Assembly: GCA_011109175.1 (NCBI GenBank)
Contig: RDEW01000048.1
Location: 333,445-397,444 of the forward strand
DNA: 64,000 nucleotides
Source: Dicyema japonicum
Lineage: Eukaryota; Animalia; Dicyemida
Reading direction: 5' to 3'
Within the stretch, counting starts at the first letter, position 1. Each line of letters begins with the position of its first letter. The notes under the pieces are model-generated. The model made no database searches and was not told the DNA's origin. It saw only the letters and a list, made by a program, of their open reading frames with translations. Position numbers and translations under genes: made by a program. Positions 56,865 to 64,000 of the stretch are shown piece after piece.

Positions 56865-57544
56865 TTTGTTTTGATTTTGCTTTCGTATTTTGTGAAAATA
56901 TTGTTTTATTAAGGTTTTTGGTAATACCACTGTGGGACTGTTATCCGATAAAGGTAATTTTCAACATCGGATTTTGTCTGAAAGTAAGAAGGGAGTAGTG
57001 TATTCGGGTTTGTCGGTAAGTTTGTAAGCTGAATAAGACTAAAGAGAAAGTCACATCCGAAAATATAATCTTCATATTACGGATCTTTTTGTTTAATAAA
57101 TGATGTTTTGTCAAATACTGTTGATAGGCAATGAGTGATCATTTTGGAGTTTTATCACAATGAATTTACTAAGCTATAGTTTCATGTTGGGACTATTTCG
57201 AATATATTTTGTCACAAGTTACCAAGGAACAGAGTTTGATGTATTGGTGATATCTACTAACAAAGGGACAGGTTTCCAGTGAGGATTAGGTAATTATAAA
57301 TTAGGAAAGGGGGTCAGGAACCAACGGGTTTTTCAACCTTGGTGTAATTGCAAAGGACAAATTTCTGTCTTGACTTTACAACTAACACACATCTCTTCAA
57401 CATTTTGGTAACAAAACATGCGGTTCGTCTTATTTCTAATATTATTTCATATTTGTAAATTTTTTAAAATTTACTCTCAAAAAAATTATATCTTGCTCGG
57501 ATATTCCTTTATCAATCTTTTCCATCTTCTAGAGCAGAGGTTTC

Positions 57545-57650
57545 GACAGAGGAAGATGGAAAAGACTAACTATAAATATTGTTTCTTTGAGTGTTGCACA
57601 TGCGGGGCTATAATCATTATGGCTTTCGTGAAAGTGCCTTAATAATAGAG
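57545..57650 (+). mobile_element. 3' end of the RTE-like family (copy 2)
   Basis: RWKRLT...GCACATGCGGGGCT...CGTGAAAGTGCC-TAATAA; matches 15420-15500. Confidence 0.7.
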
Positions 57651-57679
57651 CAGAAGTTACCAGATTTTTTACAAGCCTC

Positions 57680-58900
57680 CCTTTTTTTATTTAACCTAAG
57701 ACCACCGTAAACCCAAACTAACTATCACGTGATCCAGATGCATTCTAGCAGAGACATCAACTTTGCCAGGTGTGCTTCCTTCGTGCCCGCGCATGAACGT
57801 ACGGCTGCCTGAATTTTCAGGGCCACCTTCCCGTGATCTTGAGTCCAGTCTTATAAGGGCCTCCAGAGGCGTAGGTCTGGTTCGGTGATCTTCACAAATC
57901 CAACGCTCCGTTACTCTGTAAGCCCTCTTTTGCATTTCCTCAATTTTCCTCATATTTGTCCAAGATATGGACGGTCCCCACGAGGCGCATGCATATGAGA
58001 AACATGGCTCAATGTATTGTTTGTATACGTTCATCAGGCTCGTGTGAGTACCACTCTTCCATATTCCCGATAAACTTTTCAATACGTTCTTTTATTCTCC
58101 CGAGCACAAGCCTCTCCAGGATTTTTGACATGGAACATAGTAGTGACACCGGTCTAAAAGACGCTGGATCATCTCTCGGTCTTCTTGATTTCAGTATTGG
58201 CCGAATTATTGCATGTTTCCATAATAATGGTATCACATTCTGGTCAATCGAACAGTTGAAGACCGACGTAAGGAAAGTGATTCCCCTGTCTCCAAGATTT
58301 TTTAATGAAATAACAAGAATGTTGTCTGGTCCGTGGGAGTATGTCACTTTTACGAAATGTATTGTATCCCTTACCTCTCTCCGAAAAAAAGAGTGGTTCT
58401 GATAGTCTCTTTAGTTAGCTTCGTGATGGTAGTGTATCAGACTTCATGTGCTTCTTGTGTGAAATTTTAGTATAGAATTTTATCAAGTTGTTCACACCTC
58501 GTTAAACATAATCCTCCTCTCTTAAAATTTCATCGCCTTTTGCCACATTTCGAATAGCTTTCTACACCTCTCCCGTATTGCGATTTCTATTTACCATTGT
58601 AACGATTCCACTTCATCCTCTTGGCATTGAGTTCTTTTGCCTTCATTTCATTATTCAATGTTCTGATCCGGAGTTTCATATCCAAGGCTATCCGGTTAGA
58701 TTTTTTAAGCTGATTTCTTTTTTTAATCAAGGCCGTCTTCCCTCGACCACTCGACGAATTTAAGTAATGTTTGGGTATAGCCCTTGATCTTGCTTCCAAG
58801 ATTATGTGGGTAAAGTAGCTGATGGCATTCTCCAGAGAACTGAAGCTATCCAAGTAACAATTCTTAATTTCGTCTTCTGAGATTTCGCGATACAATTTCT
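57680..58900 (-). mobile_element. APE-type LINE relic related to 2810-5690, RT core deleted
   Basis: SHGPDNI, DPASFRPVSLLCSMSKILER fused directly to post-RT sequence; YKQYIEPCFSYACASW; A-rich end at ~57683. Confidence 0.85.
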
Positions 58901-59019
58901 AGTTAGAAAAAAATATACAATCTTATGACTCCCTTTATGTTCCATGATATATTATTTGTAGCATAAAAATTTTTTTAACACAAAAAAGTTAGTGAGATAA
59001 ATGTTTTTCATTCTTTACA

Positions 59020-59560
59020 CAAAGTATTTGAAATCTGAGGAGAGTTCTACTAGTTAAGAGACCCTGAAGATGTTACTCGTAGGAAGATCCTTGCTATGAG
59101 TGGACTGAAAAAAATATCGTCAACGTGGAGCCACAAAAAAAGGATAGTACTAAACACCAGACTTATAATATACAAAGCTTTTGTCATCCGGTACTAATAT
59201 ACAACTCTGAGACTTGGGGCATCCCTAAACGGGAAATGGACCGTCAACTGACCTATGAAGATCTCCAATGCAAACCTTTATAATAAATGCAAATCCGGCG
59301 TGCTGTCAAATGATATTTTCAAATCAAGATGGAGCCTCTTTGGCCACATGTTACGTCTAAATGACCAAATCCCAGCAAATGTCGCAATGGACAACTACTT
59401 CGCACACACAGGAGCCAGGTTCCGTGGTAAACCAAGAACGACACTACCGACTATCTTGAATGAAGACCTATCGGCGGTTGGTATGAGACTAAATTCGACG
59501 GACGACCTGGACTACTTAAGAGAACAGAAGATCATTGTCGAGGCTTACTGAGAGGATGAA
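59020..59560 (+). mobile_element. RTE-like LINE C-terminal relic
   Basis: PVLIYNSETW, RWSLFGHMLRL, FRGKPRTTLPTILNEDL. Confidence 0.8.
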
Positions 59561-59829
59561 TCGGAATACGGCAAAAGGGAGGCTTAATTAACTTTATGTT
59601 TTCTCGGGCCTCGAATAAGATTTTAGATACCTTTCACTTTTTTCCTCCCAACCAAAAGGAATCAACATACAAGGATTTATTCCGTTAGCATGCAGAGCTA
59701 AACGCGTTTTCTCGAGTTTTTTGAAAATTGAGTCTCTCCATTTTGAGTCGTGCCATCCTTCTAAACCGTATAACACTCCAGGAGTATTGCTGAGTTGAAG
59801 GCATAAACATTATTATTAAGCCGAAAATC

Positions 59830-61740
59830 ACCAGGTAAACTAATTAAAAGGAAAACGCTATCAGGTGGTCACGGCTTCTCAGCAATATTCTCATTTTTCC
59901 GGTATTGCTCTCGGGAACCGACACATGTTCGATAGCACCGTTCTTCTGGCGGTTTTCCATTTCGGGTAAATATGCCGCCGGAATTCCTCACAAGGACCTC
60001 AAATAGGGTTGCCCTTATTGGTATTCTTCGAGAAATTGTTTTGGTCATATTGGATTCAACGGAGTTGATGTTTGTTTTGGCGAGTTTTGTTCCTTAAGCT
60101 CAACATTCATACTTATAGTTGGCTCGATGAATTGAGTGTATAACATGGATAGTGACTGGTTTGAGGATCCTCTAAAATTTGAGACGAGCACATTTACGAA
60201 GTTAAGCTTTCGTGCCGAAACACTGATTACGTTTGACACACGTGTGCTGAATTTTGGCTTGTTTCTTAGGATTAGTTCACCACTTAAAAATAGTTAGGCA
60301 GAATAGCTTGATGGTTATTATTATTAGCACTTCCACGAGAGCCATAATATTTATAGCCTCGCATGTGCAGCAAAAAATATAAGAGAATTAGTTGTGTCCA
60401 AAAAGTCTCCAACGCCTTCTATTCGACGTAAAAAAGAGGTAAAGGACTTTTCTGTATACGATGACATTGAATTTCTGTTCAACCATTTATGGAGTCCGTC
60501 CAGAGTAGTTTGTAATTTGTTAGTAGCTGTCGTAACACATATATCCTTGCAAGTCATATATTATGTCATCGGCAGAGTAGGTTAGTTTTTGGGATTCGAT
60601 TTTCACTGGTGAAAACGATGTATGATTATGACCACATCTTGATTTCATCAATGACACGGGAGGATCCTCGTAATTTTTATGAGGTAAGTAGCTGTTCATC
60701 ATTCTATCAAGTTCTATTTTGCTGATATCAGAACTGTTTCTCTTCTCAGGGTTTTTGATCATTGAAAGAGTCTTCCACATGATTGACAGGGACCCCTGTT
60801 TGTTAAACGCGGAGGTAATTTTTCTCCATTCGTTCATTTTTCTTTCTTAGAGATCCAGCACTCGAATTCTGTACATAATTTCTGGTATTGGCCTTTGGAT
60901 GCTTTTGAGTCGATTACACTCATTCATAATCTTCTTGGTTTTGTGATCAAAACGTTCAATGTAAGATTTGATTGACCTTTCCCTGATAAATACTTCATTG
61001 CCTTCTGGATCTTTTTGTTAACACAAGAGACTGCATTATCGAGTGAGTTGAAACGCACTGCGTCGTAATCTGCTAAGTTTATGTCCACACATTGAGCAAA
61101 AATTTTCTAATTAACGTTTCTGTAATCCAGGAACGTGTTGCGTTTTTTTCCAAGATGAGCGTGTTTTTCATCCGAATGAAAATAGGATTGTTGGCGCTCT
61201 GGAAGTCATAAATCACAGATTAGTTGGCAAGAGAAGCAATTAGGGGTGGCAAGGGTCAAATCAGGTGAAGTCGTGTTGTCATCAGCTCTATAGGGTGTTC
61301 TTGTGTTCATCCGATAGTCGTTAAGGATTATGAAGTTATCCAGTAGAAAGAGAAGAAAATTTCCTTTGGCATCATCAGTTCGGCTTTTGTACATGGTCGG
61401 GTGTTTCGCGTTGAGGTCTCCACATATCGACAAATGTTGGTATTGATGTAACACATTCATAGAGAAAATAAGTTTTTTTGGGCAGGAGCTGGCAGGGGGA
61501 ATGTACATGTTCGCAATTGTGATATTTCCCATTCTTGTACGAATGGAGATCCCAGTGTATTCCACGAGAGACGGAAGATTGTAATGTAAAGGCGTTATAA
61601 TGCCTGATCTCACTTTTCACGAGAGTAATAACTCCTCCACGGCCAAACTGGCGGTCCTTCCTGATAACAGTGTATCCCGGAAGTGTTGCAAATGATTCTT
61701 TTTACTGTGTAACTAATTACACACCAGCGAACCACATGAC
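59830..61740 (-). mobile_element. Degenerate APE-RT LINE with a nested RTE tail
   Basis: NMYIPP, CGDLNAKH, TSPDLTL (APE). YSADD, LQTTLDGLHKWL, LYTQFIEP (RT/thumb). The 5' motif GAACCACATGAC is shared with ~5600. Confidence 0.8.
60315..60395 (-). mobile_element. 3' end of the RTE-like family (copy 3), inserted in a LINE RT
   Basis: Matches 15425-15485 and 57595-57650; LINE coding sequence resumes on both sides. Confidence 0.75.
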
Positions 61741-62418
61741 ACGCCATAACATAGGTCTTAGACTAGAGCTTTAACTTTCTAACGTAGAACAGAGTTCGTA
61801 GCTATTATTTTGCGCATTTTAGTATGTTCTATAAAATTACCTCCCTCGTCAATTATGAGGCCAGAGTATTTCATAGTTTTCTTCCGAGGTATGCCATGTA
61901 ACGAGTTCTTCAGGTAAGTCAGCCTCCTTCTAGTCAGCCTCCAACTTCTCTTGTGCGACTGTTAGAAAGTTTCTATTCACTAATCTTCGATCTGCGCGGA
62001 TCAGGACATCCCCGAAGTTTGTTTCTCGAACATTGTTTCCATTTCAAAAAAACTACAACATTTTTTAATTCAAAAGAAATTTCTTGTTAACCTAATAAAC
62101 TTTAGTCGAATATGTTTCGAGGTAAGATGTAAAAAAATCAATTAGTGAGTCTCTTGAACCCTCATGTCCAAATTGGAGGAATTTTCGTTACAATAATTTT
62201 CAGAATGTTCAAAAATATATAACAATGCCTTTTTGGTAATGGTCCCAGTTTATAATTGACAGATCATTGCATCAAGAGCAGACTTAACGAGTTAGGTTGA
62301 GTTTATAAAATATTGGTAGATGATCACTACCAATATCTCAAGCGTTATTTGGTCCTTCCAAAAATTAATGAACAGATTCCGATTTTAACGACATGCCCAA
62401 ATAATTTCAGCCATTAGG

Positions 62419-62490
62419 GAATAGTTGCTAGTGGTTAGGTGTCGGGCTTAAGTGGCTTAGGTTACGGGTTCAAATCTCGCTGCTGTTCAC
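62419..62490 (+). other. tRNA-like (SINE-head / pseudo-tRNA) sequence
   Basis: A-box-like GCTAGTGGTTAG, B-box GGGTTCAAATCTC with a T stem (CGGG/CTCG), acceptor-like pairing GAATAGT/GCTGTTC; anticodon arm does not fold canonically. Confidence 0.45.
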
Positions 62491-63399
62491 CTGGTGGAAG
62501 GTTTCACGCATCTATGATGCAGAAATGGTTGACGAGTGACGCCGTCATCAGTGGATACTCACTGCGGAACTGGATTGTCTAGAAAGGACTATTCGGGATC
62601 GAGGTCGTTACAACGGAAAATCCAAAAGACAAAGAAAATCCCTCAGAACAAGGCCGTCTCTTTTGTCTCCACACAACCGAACGAGGTATCTTTCGAGTTT
62701 AAGTCCCAAGAGGATAGAGAACGATGCATTTTCATCATGAAAAAATCACGGATACGAAGATAATTTTTCGAATATATCCCCTCGAATTTCATACAAGTAT
62801 TTTCAACTACCCGAGAAACAAATAACATAATTCCTGAAATATCTTCAGGGTACGAACTCTTAAATTTAGTTTGTAGAACAAAGATGTACCCAGCAACCAA
62901 ACCAGACTTCCGATTAATGTAAAGAGAACAATATCCCTAAAGTAGAAAATTATCCAAATTCTAACTTTGTTTCATTCACAATTAATATATCAGCGAGATT
63001 GGTGGATAACATCCATAATCTCTGAACGCCTCTATAAGGATCGGGCGTTCACCGTAATAAGATCAGCCTTCGAACCTCTGCCTCTCTAAAAAAGAGGGCT
63101 AACGGGTTCCTGACGTGAATTCCTTTTTTGGCACAAAAATAAACTAGTTTGTCAACAGCATATATCAATTCCAAGTCTGCAATTGTGCCTTCCACCAGAT
63201 TAGGAGTACTGACAGTATTCCCTTGGTTTATGTAGTTGGAAAACAATATTTGTATTGTCAGAGGACCGACATTTTTGCGTGTGAATTCACGTCCGTTTGG
63301 GTTGAAAAGTCATATTTTATGTTGTGTGTAGATTTTCCCCAAACATTTTCAACAGCCTCAGCTATAACCCACTTAACGGGTCAAACACCGTCTTAGTCA

Positions 63400-63950
63400 T
63401 GTTTTTCGTACCTCTTCAAAAACAGTCTTTGCTGAAGAGCAACCACCCTTTTAGCAAAATGACAAACTTTCCCGCAGTTAATGCATTTTTTATCACTGTC
63501 CTTAACCCATCAAGAGTTCATATTGTCATCTCCCCCACAATTTAAGCACCATTCTTTTTTCTTGCAGAAATACGCAATGTGCTAAATTTTTTAGCATCGG
63601 AAGTCCTAATTACCGATTATCTGTACCATTCAAAACGAACTCTCTGGAAACCAAACGCAGTCTCAGGCTTTCACCGACTTCAAAGTTAATTTTCCAACAG
63701 GGAGGCTCTGCCCGTCTTTCATGAAACGTTGGAAAGAGATATTAGGTTTTAGAGTTTCTGTAAGGTATCCAAGTCATCATCTGAGACCCAAAAAGGGATT
63801 CCCTTCATAACAACAGTGAAAGGATATAAGACGGAAGTGTAAAAACATGTCCATATATCAAATGGCGCGTTCAAATCAAAATCATCGACACGAGAGTTCA
63901 TATCCTCTTTTGAGGCAAATTCAAGAGCGAGTTACCCCGTCATTAGTGAC
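63400..63950 (-). mobile_element. LINE ORF1 (gag-like) relic with triple CCHC knuckles
   Basis: FTVVMKGIPFWVSDDDL, then RC..HIAYFC, WCLNCGGD, KCINCGKVCHFAK; stops present. Confidence 0.65.
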
Positions 63951-64000
63951 ATTTCACTACGGAACCGGATCGTCTAAAAATGACTCACAAAAAACAAAAA

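Overview
Eukaryotic, AT-rich (about 35% GC by eye) genomic DNA. Compact host-gene islands alternate with heavily decayed transposon sequence. Host genes are broken by very small GT-AG introns (mostly 21-27 nt), so the ORF track shows only fragments. Genes rebuilt by hand: a SAXO/FAM154 ciliary microtubule protein, TIMM29, RPL34, EIF3I, RNASEH2A, NNT, RNASEH1, RPF1, HTATSF1, CFAP57, an ARF-family GTPase and AARS1. Also found: an Ig-domain single-pass membrane protein gene, an orphan gene with a Ser/His-rich repeat tail, and one unidentified gene. TIMM29 (animal-type), a fused dI-dII-dIII NNT, ciliary genes and ~23-nt introns point to a highly reduced ciliated animal, most plausibly a dicyemid mesozoan (inference). 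The rest is mainly non-LTR retrotransposon relics (APE-type Ingi/Vingi/I-like, RTE-like, RLE-type CRE-like and R4-like) plus DNA-transposon relics (Ginger-like integrase, hAT/CGGBP1-like, possibly piggyBac-like). Several essential genes need single-base frame corrections, most likely long-read assembly error. The most unusual signal is the palindrome CACGTG: 41 copies counted by eye, 33 of them in or right beside host genes (exons in all frames, tiny introns, start/stop flanks), and it is scarce in transposon DNA. No prokaryotic systems, CRISPR arrays or rRNA genes were seen.
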